Positions 49,313 through 59,411 of a stretch of DNA of 64,000 nt are shown one piece after another. Below the pieces are notes generated by a model. That model was not told the origin of the DNA. It saw only the letters and a program-made list of their open reading frames with translations, and made no database searches. Origin of the DNA: Nitrososphaerota archaeon (GTDB lineage Archaea; Thermoproteota; Bathyarchaeia; Bathyarchaeales; Bathycorpusculaceae). The position numbers and the translations under genes are program-made. Every line of letters starts with the position of its first letter. Within the stretch, counting starts at the first letter, position 1. Where the stretch lies: positions 37,420 to 101,419 of the forward strand of contig JAIRQQ010000086.1 of the NCBI GenBank assembly GCA_031256395.1, in the 5' to 3' direction.

Positions 49313-50291
49313 ATGAAAATTAACACGAAAGTAACTTCTTTCATTATGCTTGTTATACTACTTGGGCTTAACAGTTATCATGCCGGTATTTGTGGTCAGC
49401 GCAAAAACAAACGCTGTCCCAATTGTAACAAACTCACCTGACGCACAAAAAGGCGACTTGTTGCAAAACTTTTTAGAAAACTTTTTGAGAAAAAACGCAG
49501 AACACGCCTCAACCCAAACCCCACTAGGGTCTAGTGCTAATATAACCTATGCTTATGTTGATCTAAGCTATGTCGGCGGGAACGACACAGTTTCTTGGGC
49601 TGGCGCCAAGATTCACGTAATGGCAAATATTACTTTAACTTCTGAGGTTAATCTCAAGTATGCAGATGCCAAAGTGGAATTCTATGGGTTTCGTCTCTAC
49701 TCTGAACAAGGCTCAATTGCCAACCTAACTTACAACCTATCCGTCGAGAAATCGCTTCCATGGGTTCCTGGATCTAAGAATCCAAGTCCTCCAATCAGCG
49801 GATATGGTGGAAACTTTGCTAGCTTTTCAGACGGAACCATAATTGATGTCAACGAAATAATCGGTGACATTATCGGTGGTGGCGGACATGGCTTCAACTG
49901 TTACAGCTACCCAAATAGATCCCATATTGTGATAGGTGCAGGCTCCATAATTGGTTTTGAAGAAAACCATGCTCAAATGCTTGCGGATTTTAGAAGTGCT
50001 CAAACACTCTACATCGATGTAACCCGAATACTTGGTATAACCTGCCAAGAAAACGCTGATCCAATGGTTATACCTACTTTGTTTGATGACGAAGTACTGT
50101 GTCATGTAGAACTGACCAAAGTAGGTGATAGATTTGGGTATGGCGCCTACACAGGCGACGAATATAACTATCCAATGGCCGAAGTTCCATTACCTGATGT
50201 CTCTTCACCGTACTCATTTCAAAGCGATATGAGTTATGTATATGTGCTTGCTGTTATTTTGTTGTTGGTGTGTTTATTTTTATTTCTTTAA
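49313..50291 (+). pseudogene. Secreted, TM-anchored hypothetical protein with a probable 1-nt insertion in its signal peptide
   Basis: GGTGA SD plus ATG 49313 (MKINTKVTSFIMLVILLG) is out of frame with the 49350 ORF; removing one G of ggg 49364-66 restores a continuous signal peptide. Confidence 0.5.
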
Positions 50292-50320
50292 CTCTTAAAG
50301 ACTAATAATGGTTGGTTGCA

Positions 50321-51079
50321 TTAGGGTTGTTTGAGTTTGTGGCGGTAGATTTTTAGTTGTTCCATATCTAATTCGACTGTTAGGATGCTGTCTTGGGGTG
50401 CGTCGGTGACTTCGCCTAGAATGCCCCAGGGTGCGATGATGGCGCTTCGGCCGCCGCGCATGTTGGAGCTGACGTTACCTATTTTTAGGATAAACATGCC
50501 GTATTGTTTTGCAATGGCTTCTGTTAGGGGGTGGCCTTTGACAACGGGGTGGTTGCCCATGGCCGCTACGGGCAGGGTGACGATTTCTGCACCTAACTCG
50601 GCGACTTTTCTAACAAGTTCGGGGTCAAAGCTGTCTGCACAGACAATCATGCCAAATCTGCCTATCTGTGTGTCTAAAACAAGCGGAGTGTTGCCTTTAG
50701 ATACGCCTGCGTCGAGTTCGATTTGTATGGGGTTGATTTTTTTGTACTTGGCTATTAGGGTGCCGTTTTGCCAAAGGGTGCTTGTGTTGTAGTATTTGCC
50801 GTTGTCTTCTTGTAGAACTGAGCCGCCTAAGAGGTAGGTGTTGCCGATTTCTTGGGAGATTTTTTGGAGAAAGTCCAGTGTTGCATTGCAGGTTTCTTTG
50901 CTGATTTTTGGGGCATCGGCAAATTCTGCCATACAACAAGGAACGGTAAAGTATTCGGGGAGCGCGATAAGAACGGGGTTGTCTTTGGCGGCTTTTTGTA
51001 CTGCTGTTTGGGCCGCTGTTAGGTTATCTTGGAGGTTACTGCGAATTTCCATGTGCAGGATGCTGACTTTCATGTTCAA
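50321..51079 (-). CDS. Carbon-nitrogen hydrolase (nitrilase superfamily)
   Basis: LPEYF (Glu), YKKINP (Lys), IVCAD (Cys) triad. Confidence 0.92.
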   Translation of the reverse strand: MNMKVSILHMEIRSNLQDNLTAAQTAVQKAAKDNPVLIALPEYFTVPCCMAEFADAPKISKETCNATLDFLQKISQEIGNTYLLGGSVLQEDNGKYYNTSTLWQNGTLIAKYKKINPIQIELDAGVSKGNTPLVLDTQIGRFGMIVCADSFDPELVRKVAELGAEIVTLPVAAMGNHPVVKGHPLTEAIAKQYGMFILKIGNVSSNMRGGRSAIIAPWGILGEVTDAPQDSILTVELDMEQLKIYRHKLKQP

Positions 51080-51303
51080 ACCTTTGATAGTTGTGCTGGT
51101 TTGGGGTTTTTAAGTTTACTGTCGGATACTTTGTTTGGTTTGTCTGGTTTGCGGAGTTAAAATATTTTGAGTATATAGTTGTGAGTGCAGTTTGTTTTTT
51201 TTGATTGATTTTTAACTTCTATATTGGTATTTTTTGTGCCTTTTATCTGATTAGTTAACTTTAAGTTAACTTTATATGTACGACAGATGACAAAACCTGT
51301 TAC

Positions 51304-52302
51304 TTGAGTGGTAAAAAGATGAGTTTCAATGAGTCTGAAGTTAACAAACTTCTATCCGAAGCAAGAACCCTTGTAAACAAAGTCGTCAAACAAAACCTCG
51401 CTGAGGGTTTTCTTTTCTCCGCTGGAACAGACACCCAAATAATTGCTTATGAAGCAATCAAATACAACCCCGACATCCCCTGTCTTACCCTAGCCTTCAA
51501 AGATGGTCAACCCAAAGACGCTGAGTACGTCAAAAAAATGGTTGAACTCTTTAACCTAAATCATGAAACCTACCAATTCGACAGAGCAGACGTCTTTAAA
51601 TTCTACCCCCAAGGCGTCGAAGCCCTCAAAAAATTTGATCCCATGGAAGTTCGAAACAGCCTCCCCGTCTATATCGGTTTAACCCTGCTCAAAGCCAAAG
51701 GTATCAAAACCGTCTACACCGGTGATGCCCTTGATGAGTTGTTTGGTTACCCCTGGCAATTCCACCTAACCGAGGAACAATTTGCCGTCAAACAAAAAGA
51801 GATGTGGGCTGAGATGGGTTTTGCATCATTTCCGATGGCGGCATCGCTTGGTATGGAAATCAAAGCACCCTACCAAGATCCCGAATTCATGGATTGGGCA
51901 AAGCAACTCCCAATTAAGTACAAGATTAATTTCAACAACGGCATCAAATACGGCAAATGGATCCTGCGCAAAGCATACGAAGACGTTTTCCCCCAAGACA
52001 TCATCTGGAGACCCAAAGCACCTCTCGAAGCAGGCACCGGAACTGAAATTCTGCGTACCTACTTCAACGATATCATCGATCCTAAAGAATTCGCCGAAAA
52101 GAAAGTCTCCATAAAAGACGAAGACGACGTAGAAATCCAAGATCAAGAACAACTCCTCTACTACGAGGTCTTCCGCAAGAAATTTGGCAAACCCAAAGAA
52201 GTCTACCCCAAAATCGACGGCGCCATTGAATGCCCCAAATGCCACAGCCACCTCAAAACTAAAATCCAGTTCTGCAAAATCTGCGGAGCCTACCCCATCT
52301 AA
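51304..52302 (+). CDS. Asparagine-synthase C-terminal-domain-only protein with zinc ribbon
   Basis: FSAGTDT PP-loop variant, TGDALDELFGY, KWILRKA, WRPKAP; CPKC...CKIC. Confidence 0.82.
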   Translation: MSGKKMSFNESEVNKLLSEARTLVNKVVKQNLAEGFLFSAGTDTQIIAYEAIKYNPDIPCLTLAFKDGQPKDAEYVKKMVELFNLNHETYQFDRADVFKFYPQGVEALKKFDPMEVRNSLPVYIGLTLLKAKGIKTVYTGDALDELFGYPWQFHLTEEQFAVKQKEMWAEMGFASFPMAASLGMEIKAPYQDPEFMDWAKQLPIKYKINFNNGIKYGKWILRKAYEDVFPQDIIWRPKAPLEAGTGTEILRTYFNDIIDPKEFAEKKVSIKDEDDVEIQDQEQLLYYEVFRKKFGKPKEVYPKIDGAIECPKCHSHLKTKIQFCKICGAYPI

Positions 52303-52403
52303 CCCTTTCTTTCTTTATTTATTTTCAACTTTCTTTTTGTTTGTTTTTGGGAAAAGACTTATTTTCTTTAGCCCGTTAATTCCAAACTTATTGAGGAGTA
52401 TCT

Positions 52404-53459
52404 TTGGCTAATCTGTCCCAGCTCAAAGTTGCAATGGCAACATCAATCTTTCTCTCAGCCTTTATCTTTGGGCTCTTACTAATTGGTATCATATACTTTG
52501 TAGGGTTTGATCTGTTTATGGGTCTGCTTATCGCCATAGCCGGTTCAGCCCTCTTTATTCTGTTTCAATACGCTGTTGGTCCTATGATTGTGGTTGCAAC
52601 CACACGCCTGCATTATCTAAAACCCGGCGAAAACCCCTGGCTGGAAAAAACAGTCAAGGAGCTAGCTGACAAAACAGGCATACCCATGCCCAAACTAGCA
52701 ACCGTACCCAGCAGCACCCCTAACGCTTTCACATTTGGCCGAAGCACCGCAGGCGCAACCCTAGCGGTCCATGAAGGCTTACTAAAACAACTAAACGAAG
52801 GCGAAGTCCGAGGTGTCATAGCCCATGAACTGGGCCATATCAAACACAAAGACTACATCGTTATGACCGTTCTCTCAGCTCTGCCTCTAATCACCTACTA
52901 CATCGCACAAGTAACCCTGTTTGCAGGTGTTCTAAGCGGCGGATCACGACGCAGAAGCAACAACAAAGACAACTCAGGTGCAATTCTGCTGGTAATAGGC
53001 GTCGTCTCATATATCGTCTACATAATCACCTTCCTTATCGTCATGCGCCTGAGCCGCCTACGCGAACACTACGCCGATGCCTTTGCGGCCTATCTAACCG
53101 AATCACCCCGAAACATGCAAAGCGCCCTATCAAAAATCACCTACGGCCTATCCATAGCCCCACCAAAATCTCCCGAGAGCGCCCGGGCCTTCTACATCGA
53201 AGACCCCGACATGGCAAAACAATCCTACGCCTACATCATGAACAAAAAAAGCCAATACGACCTCAACAACGACGGCGTACTAGATGAGCGCGAACTAGAA
53301 CTAGCCATGGAAAAAGAAGCCAAAACCGCGGCCTCACACATGAACAATCTCTTCTCAACCCACCCCACAACATTCAAACGCATCTTACTGCTCCGAGAAA
53401 TCGAACAAGAAATGAACACCGGTCAGTACAGCGACGACAAAATGTACAACCACGTCTAA
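52404..53459 (+). CDS. htpX: HtpX-family M48 zinc metalloprotease
   Basis: PNAFTFG, VIAHELGHIK, SRLREHYAD, FSTHP. Confidence 0.93.
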   Translation: MANLSQLKVAMATSIFLSAFIFGLLLIGIIYFVGFDLFMGLLIAIAGSALFILFQYAVGPMIVVATTRLHYLKPGENPWLEKTVKELADKTGIPMPKLATVPSSTPNAFTFGRSTAGATLAVHEGLLKQLNEGEVRGVIAHELGHIKHKDYIVMTVLSALPLITYYIAQVTLFAGVLSGGSRRRSNNKDNSGAILLVIGVVSYIVYIITFLIVMRLSRLREHYADAFAAYLTESPRNMQSALSKITYGLSIAPPKSPESARAFYIEDPDMAKQSYAYIMNKKSQYDLNNDGVLDERELELAMEKEAKTAASHMNNLFSTHPTTFKRILLLREIEQEMNTGQYSDDKMYNHV

Positions 53460-53576
53460 CCCCAATAATTTCTTTCTTCAATTTTATTTCCTTTTATGGC
53501 AAAAATTTTTACGTGATATGCGAAGACTAATATTTTCCGACTGCTGATTACTACAAACTGAGAGGGACATCAAAAA

Positions 53577-53783
53577 ATGGTTAATTATTGTCCTGAATGC
53601 GGCGGAGAAATGCACTACATCTCTCTGACTAAACACTATGTCTGCAAAAGTTGCGGTTTATCCTGTACCGGACAAGAACTAAACGACCTCCATGATAAAA
53701 ACCGCCCCGATTATGAAACCGACGACGAAGTCAAGCAAGCCCGCCGCAAAGAATACCTAAAATGGTACCTTAGCAAAAAATAA
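53577..53783 (+). CDS. Small zinc-ribbon protein
   Basis: CPECGG...CKSCG. Confidence 0.75.
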   Translation: MVNYCPECGGEMHYISLTKHYVCKSCGLSCTGQELNDLHDKNRPDYETDDEVKQARRKEYLKWYLSKK

Positions 53784-53877
53784 ACTCGCCAAAAAGCGCA
53801 GTCAACTCTTAGCTTTGGCTATGTAAAACAACCTCCTGCTTCACCAAAGCCTTAATCCCCTCAACTAACTACTAACC

Positions 53878-54696
53878 TTGGGTATTGCTGTGATTGTTGA
53901 TATCGAATTTATCTGCATAGGTAACGAATTACTCATCGGCAAAGTGGAGAACACAAACGCCCACTGGTTAGCTACACAGGCTACCGCGTTGGGCGCCACC
54001 GTGCGCCGAGTCACTGTTATCCAAGATATAGTTGAAGAAATCGCGCTTTGCCTCCAAGAAGCCTCAGCACGCAACCCCCACTTTATAATAACCACCGGCG
54101 GATTGGGACCGACCTTTGATGATAAAACCTTCCAAGGCATCGCCAAAGCCCTAAACCAACCCCTCAAAATAAACCCCCAGGCACTTGAGATGGTGAGAAC
54201 AAAATGCACCGAATACGCTCAAAGACGTGGACTCACCCAAGAAATAGAAATGACTCCCCCAAGAACAAAGATGGCCATTCTACCCGAAAATGCCCAACCC
54301 CTATCCAACCCTGTTGGTACCGCACCTGCCCTAAAGGTCCAAATCGGCTCCTCAATTCTGTTTGCTCTGCCCGGAGTCCCATATGAAATGATGACCATCT
54401 TTACTCAAACCATAGCTCCTCTAATCAAACAAACCGTAGGCTCAGGTGTTTTTTGTCAGCAAAGCCTTTTTGTGAGAGGTATTGCTGAGGCCCAATTAGC
54501 GCCCCTGATTGATAAGGTAATGTCTGACAACACTGGGGTCTATGTAAAATCCCACCCCATAGCTCTGCCTTCCGATAATGTGCCCCACATAGAGCTCCAT
54601 CTAACCCTAACAATTGCACAAGAGTACCACCCCGACAAGATGCTTCAAAAAGCCATAGAACAACTGATTCAGCTAATAGAGCAAACCAAAAAATAA
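53878..54696 (+). CDS. CinA-like / molybdopterin-binding-domain protein
   Basis: IGNELLIGK..NTNA.WL, TTGGLGPT.DD.T, GTAP, LPGVP.EM. Confidence 0.9.
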   Translation: MGIAVIVDIEFICIGNELLIGKVENTNAHWLATQATALGATVRRVTVIQDIVEEIALCLQEASARNPHFIITTGGLGPTFDDKTFQGIAKALNQPLKINPQALEMVRTKCTEYAQRRGLTQEIEMTPPRTKMAILPENAQPLSNPVGTAPALKVQIGSSILFALPGVPYEMMTIFTQTIAPLIKQTVGSGVFCQQSLFVRGIAEAQLAPLIDKVMSDNTGVYVKSHPIALPSDNVPHIELHLTLTIAQEYHPDKMLQKAIEQLIQLIEQTKK

Positions 54697-54772
54697 CCAA
54701 CACATAATAACGGTAAAATTTGGGCATAAGCATTTAAGATATAGCGCCACTGGAAAAGACTGGTTCCTATCT

Positions 54773-56059
54773 ATGAAGAATTCAGTGTTTAGACTAGTTT
54801 GCTTGCTGATAGTGTTGGCGGCTGTTTTATCACTGATACCTTCTAACAGTGTAGCGGGACAAACTGTGGAAGATCACAGGGTATCTTTTCTGATATTTAA
54901 TCATCCTAACGGTGACAAAACCTACGAGCTCACCCTAACCATACCCCAAACCCTCTATCAGTACTATACCCAAAAGAGTCATTATGTATTCTCCAGCAGA
55001 GATTTCTCCAAATTTGTCACACCCCAGACATTTCAACAAGTAGCTGACACACTTTGGCAGCTATATGATAACCCCGAAGACTTTACCAATGCCGTCTTAA
55101 CTATGGTTCACCAAATAACCTATGAAGAAACAATTCCCAGTTTCTACCCCGTAGAAACATTGGTCAGAGGCAAAGGTGACTGTGACCTCTTTGTTTACAT
55201 AGCGTCCTCAATTCTTGAGGCAGGCGGCATCAATACAGTTCTGCTATTCTATGAAACACAAGCACATATGCAACTAGGTGTGGACATAGGCTATCTGCCT
55301 GTTGATGCGCGAAGCGAGGCAGTTTATGTTACCTATCAAAATGTTCCCTACTACATTGCAGAATGCACCGGTAGTGCATGGCGAACCGGTTGGCGTGTTG
55401 GCGAATGCTCCACCATTTACCAAAATGCTTCTGTTCAAGTGACACCGCTTATCGGTATGGAAAAAACCTCCATCGGGCAAATATCGACAAATATTCGAGA
55501 ACTGGACTCCAGCACAATTACCCTGCAGATTTCACCCTCAATTATGCTAGAAAACACCGAGCTAGCAATAAGCGGCCAGATTCTACCCCTAACCCCAAAC
55601 GAGAACGTCACTATACGCGCACAAATCCCCAATCAAGGCTGGGTAACAGTTGCTATCATACCCACCCAACAAGATGGCCGCTTTAACTGTACCTGGACCC
55701 CTTTGTCGGTTGGCCCAATCGAGTTACAAGCAAGCTGGATAGGTAACAACCAATACAACGGGGCAACAAGTAGCTCCTATAACATAGTTATTTTACCCCT
55801 CTATTTTATTGCCTTACTGATTGTCGCAGTGATTATAGCACTCATGTTTGTGGTGGTGATTATCAAACTAAGACACCGAAAATCTCAGCTACCACCTGAA
55901 GTTAATGAACCTAAATCCCAAATTATACCAACTCCAGAGATCCCCCAAGAAACACATGACACTATTAATACATCGCTTGAAAATACAACAAACTTTTGCG
56001 ATACTGAAGAAACACCCGCTGAAAATTTTTTGGATAACGAAGAAGCACCCAATCAATAG
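54773..56059 (+). CDS. Secreted, TM-anchored transglutaminase-like protein with Ig-like domain
   Basis: YPVETLV..KGDCD, HMQLGV, YYIAECT; paralog of 759..1826. Confidence 0.75.
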   Translation: MKNSVFRLVCLLIVLAAVLSLIPSNSVAGQTVEDHRVSFLIFNHPNGDKTYELTLTIPQTLYQYYTQKSHYVFSSRDFSKFVTPQTFQQVADTLWQLYDNPEDFTNAVLTMVHQITYEETIPSFYPVETLVRGKGDCDLFVYIASSILEAGGINTVLLFYETQAHMQLGVDIGYLPVDARSEAVYVTYQNVPYYIAECTGSAWRTGWRVGECSTIYQNASVQVTPLIGMEKTSIGQISTNIRELDSSTITLQISPSIMLENTELAISGQILPLTPNENVTIRAQIPNQGWVTVAIIPTQQDGRFNCTWTPLSVGPIELQASWIGNNQYNGATSSSYNIVILPLYFIALLIVAVIIALMFVVVIIKLRHRKSQLPPEVNEPKSQIIPTPEIPQETHDTINTSLENTTNFCDTEETPAENFLDNEEAPNQ

Positions 56060-56246
56060 TAAACATACGTGACACACATTTGGTGTAGCTGTTTTTAGTT
56101 GGGTAGTATTCTAACCAACTCACCCGTCTTTTTTATTTTTGTTATTTCTGTTGATTGTGCGTGATTGATGTGGTTGTGGGTTAATTGAGCAGATAAATTT
56201 TGTAGATTAAAAAATAAATAAGATGAACAAAGAAAAGTAAGATATG

Positions 56247-56408
56247 TTACTTTACGATTTCTCGTTTCTTCCAGCGCAGGTTTTTGCCCTTGCATTTTCT
56301 GCATTTGAGTGCAGTTTCCGCGTTGCGGGCGCCGCAGTCTCGACAGATTTTCATGTAGAGCCGATGCTTCTGCGCAATGGTTTTCTTAACTGGGTCTAAT
56401 ATCGGCAT
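56247..56408 (-). CDS. rpl40e: 50S ribosomal protein eL40 (53 aa; absent from ORF track)
   Basis: MPILDPVKKTIAQKHRLYMKICRDCGARNAETALKCRKCKGKNLRWKKREIVK. Confidence 0.95.
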   Translation of the reverse strand: MPILDPVKKTIAQKHRLYMKICRDCGARNAETALKCRKCKGKNLRWKKREIVK

Positions 56409-56486
56409 TTTACTGTTAACCTTCTGTTTTGGGTAACTCTTTGATGGTCACGCCTCAAATATACCTTTTGGGCGTTCTTTATGTTG

Positions 56487-56954
56487 CTACTTGATTACTT
56501 CGATGGTGACATATGAGCGGGTGTCTTCTATGCCATCTATACTGTAGAGTTTCTTTAGGACTTCGTCGAGTTTTTCATGTTCTGCGATGATTACGCTGTC
56601 AATTTCGCCTGCGACTCGAAATGCTCGGGAAACTTGGAGTTCTCGGAGTTTTTCGTAGACGTGGATGCGTTTTAGTGGTGAAACTTTGATTAGTATGAAT
56701 GCGGGGGTGGTGGTTATTCCTAGTCCGTTGATGCCTTTTTCTGTGACGTCTATGAAGCCTCTTCCTGTGCGGATGTAGCCGTGGGTTTTGAGTTTGCGGA
56801 GGTGTATGTTTAGGGCTTGGCGGCTTACGCCTAGTTGGGTTGCGAGTTCGTCTTGTTTGATTCTTAGGGTGTAGGTGTTTGTGGCTTTTCCTTTTTCGTA
56901 GAGTGTTTTTAAGAGTTGAATTGAGCGTTTAGTTAATGGCTCCAAACTGGTCAC
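56487..56954 (-). CDS. Lrp/AsnC-family transcriptional regulator
   Basis: QDELATQLGVSRQALN.HL HTH; RAM domain VAGEID...DGIEDTRSY. Confidence 0.85.
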   Translation of the reverse strand: MTSLEPLTKRSIQLLKTLYEKGKATNTYTLRIKQDELATQLGVSRQALNIHLRKLKTHGYIRTGRGFIDVTEKGINGLGITTTPAFILIKVSPLKRIHVYEKLRELQVSRAFRVAGEIDSVIIAEHEKLDEVLKKLYSIDGIEDTRSYVTIEVIK

Positions 56955-57182
56955 TTGTGTATGTTTGTTAAGTTAAAACTTTACAATAGTGAGGGTCGCT
57001 TAAGTATTTGGTGTTTTCTACTTAGGGGCTGGTCCTATATTTCTCAATATTTTTTATGCATATTTGGTTGCTGGTGAGCTGCTTGAGATTGCCGCAAGAT
57101 CTTGGCACATTTACCACAACGTATTTATGTCAAAAAAATGCTACTGAACCCACTTAAAAGTAAACTAGGAGTGAAGCGGAAC

Positions 57183-57479
57183 GTGACGGAAAACATCAGT
57201 GCGGTCTTGATCGGAAAAAAGCCAACAATGAATTATGTTCTTGCATGCATTACCTTTTTCCATGGCGGCGCAAAAGAAGTCAGCATTAAAGCACGCGGCA
57301 GAAGCATAAGCAGAGCCATTGATGTTGCTGAAGTGGTACGGCACAGGTTTCTGCCCGATGTTAGAATCAAACGAATCGGCATCGGTACAGATCAGTTCCA
57401 GCCCCATGACCAAGATGAAGGGTTCCAGGGCGGCGCCACCACAAATGTGAGCACCATTGAGATAACGTTGATGCGTTAA
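57183..57479 (+). CDS. albA: Chromatin protein Alba
   Basis: [34 protein letters not shown]; start set at GTG 57183. Confidence 0.95.
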   Translation: MTENISAVLIGKKPTMNYVLACITFFHGGAKEVSIKARGRSISRAIDVAEVVRHRFLPDVRIKRIGIGTDQFQPHDQDEGFQGGATTNVSTIEITLMR

Positions 57480-57505
57480 GTCACGATTTAAGCAGAATTC
57501 CTTCT

Positions 57506-58036
57506 TTGCAGGAAACCGACTCGCAAATGAAAACCGAACTATGCAGTTTCTGCCTAAAAAGCGGCATACTATGCCAGAAATGTTCATCTAAAGTTAAGGC
57601 TGGCGAAATAAGTGATCTAGATCTAAAAATCACTCGCTTGCTTCTCAACCTAGAAGAAAAGTATCCCTCCCTGCAAAACGTCTGCTTCCACAAAGCAATC
57701 GACGTTGAAAAAACGTTAGCCATTCTCGTAGGACACGGCGATGTCCCCAAACTTTTAGGTTACGGCGGTAAAATCGTCAAAGCCATAAGCGACGAAACCG
57801 GCAAAAACATCCGGGTACTCGAATACGGCGTTGATGACCGTAAATTCCTCGAAGACCTCTTTGTGCCCTTTAGCATATTGACTATAAACACAATTTGGCT
57901 CCCCGACGGAACCACCGAAACCCGAGTTATTCTACGACGTAAACGTGGGCAACAACTGCCTATGGACCTCAAAGCCCTCAAGGAAATCGCCAACAAAACA
58001 CGAAAAATGTCTCTGCGTGTAGAAATCGCAGATTAG
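57506..58036 (+). CDS. nusA: NusA-like KH-domain protein with N-terminal Cys motif
   Basis: CSFCLKSGILCQKC; GYGGKIVK. Confidence 0.75.
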   Translation: MQETDSQMKTELCSFCLKSGILCQKCSSKVKAGEISDLDLKITRLLLNLEEKYPSLQNVCFHKAIDVEKTLAILVGHGDVPKLLGYGGKIVKAISDETGKNIRVLEYGVDDRKFLEDLFVPFSILTINTIWLPDGTTETRVILRRKRGQQLPMDLKALKEIANKTRKMSLRVEIAD

Positions 58037-58048
58037 GCTGGTTGCAGT

Positions 58049-59368
58049 ATGGACTTGGACTCCATGGGAGACTGGGTTAGGACCCAGTATACCTCACAGG
58101 TAACCCCTGACCTAGATGGGCAAGAAGTAACCCTCTTTGGATGGGTCCAAGAAGTACGAGATCTAGGCGGCCTTCGCTTTCTAATACTTCAAGACCGCGA
58201 AGGAACAGTCCAAATAACCATACCCAAAAAACGCATCCCCCCCGAAGTTTTAGCAAAATCCGACTCACTCCAAAAACGCTACAGCTTCGCCATAAAAGGC
58301 ACCGTTAAAAAAACCAACATGACCAAACGCGGCGTCGAAGTCATCCCAACCGATATCAAAATTTTCAGCACCGCCACCGAACAACTACCCATAGACATAA
58401 CCGGAAAAACCCCCGCCAACATCGAAGTCCGCCTCGACGCCCGACCCTTGGACCTCACACTAGAAACAAGTCTAGCCGCCTTTAAAATCCAACACACAGC
58501 CCTCCAAGCAATCCGCACTTTTCTATTCAACCAAGACTTCATGGAAGCCCACAGCCCACGCATCATCGCATCTGCAACCGAAGGCGGCGCAGAATTATTC
58601 TGCATCGACTACTTTGGTCAAAAAGCCTACCTAGCACAGAGCCCCCAACTATACAAAGAAGAACTCACCCTGAGCTTTGAAAAAGTCTTCGAAGTCGGAC
58701 CCTTTTTCCGCGCTGAAGAATCCCACACCAGACGCCACCTAAGCGAATTCACCTCCGTTGATGTCGAAATGGCATTTGCAAACGCCGAAACAGTCATGAT
58801 CCTGCTTGAACAAGTAATCCACCACACCGTTGGCGTAGTCAAAGAAAAATGCCAAACCGAACTCAACCTTCTAAACCACAACCTTGAAGTGCCCTCCCTG
58901 CCCTTCAAACGCCTAACCTACACCCAAGTCCTAGAAGACCTAAAAACCCAAGGCGTAGACATCCCCTGGGGCGAGGACATTACAACTGATGCTCTGCGAG
59001 TCTTGGGCAAAATATACCCTGACTTTTACTTCATAACCGAGTGGCCCACACACACCAAAGCCTTCTACATCAAACCCCAAACAGACAACCCCAAAATCAG
59101 CGAAGGCTTTGACTTGATGTATGGCTACATCGAACTAACCTCCGGCGGTACACGCATCTGCGACAAAACCCAACTCATTGAGCGCCTAAAAGAAAAAGGC
59201 CTAAACCCCGACTCATTCAAGATGCACCTCCAAGCCTTCGACTATGGCATGCCACCCCACGCAGGCTGGGCCATCGGCCTAGAACGCCTAACCATGATTC
59301 TAACAGGCATAAAAAACATACGTGAAGTCACCCTCTACCCCCGAGACCGCGTAAGACTAACACCTTAA
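58049..59368 (+). CDS. aspS: Aspartyl-tRNA synthetase, archaeal type
   Basis: GWV.EVRDLGG, YLAQSPQLYKE, FRAE.S.T.RH..EF, GMPPHAGW..GLER. Confidence 0.97.
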   Translation: MDLDSMGDWVRTQYTSQVTPDLDGQEVTLFGWVQEVRDLGGLRFLILQDREGTVQITIPKKRIPPEVLAKSDSLQKRYSFAIKGTVKKTNMTKRGVEVIPTDIKIFSTATEQLPIDITGKTPANIEVRLDARPLDLTLETSLAAFKIQHTALQAIRTFLFNQDFMEAHSPRIIASATEGGAELFCIDYFGQKAYLAQSPQLYKEELTLSFEKVFEVGPFFRAEESHTRRHLSEFTSVDVEMAFANAETVMILLEQVIHHTVGVVKEKCQTELNLLNHNLEVPSLPFKRLTYTQVLEDLKTQGVDIPWGEDITTDALRVLGKIYPDFYFITEWPTHTKAFYIKPQTDNPKISEGFDLMYGYIELTSGGTRICDKTQLIERLKEKGLNPDSFKMHLQAFDYGMPPHAGWAIGLERLTMILTGIKNIREVTLYPRDRVRLTP

Positions 59369-59411
59369 TTTTAGTCTGTTAAAAATAGGGCGGCAGAAGA
59401 TTTCTTCTGCG

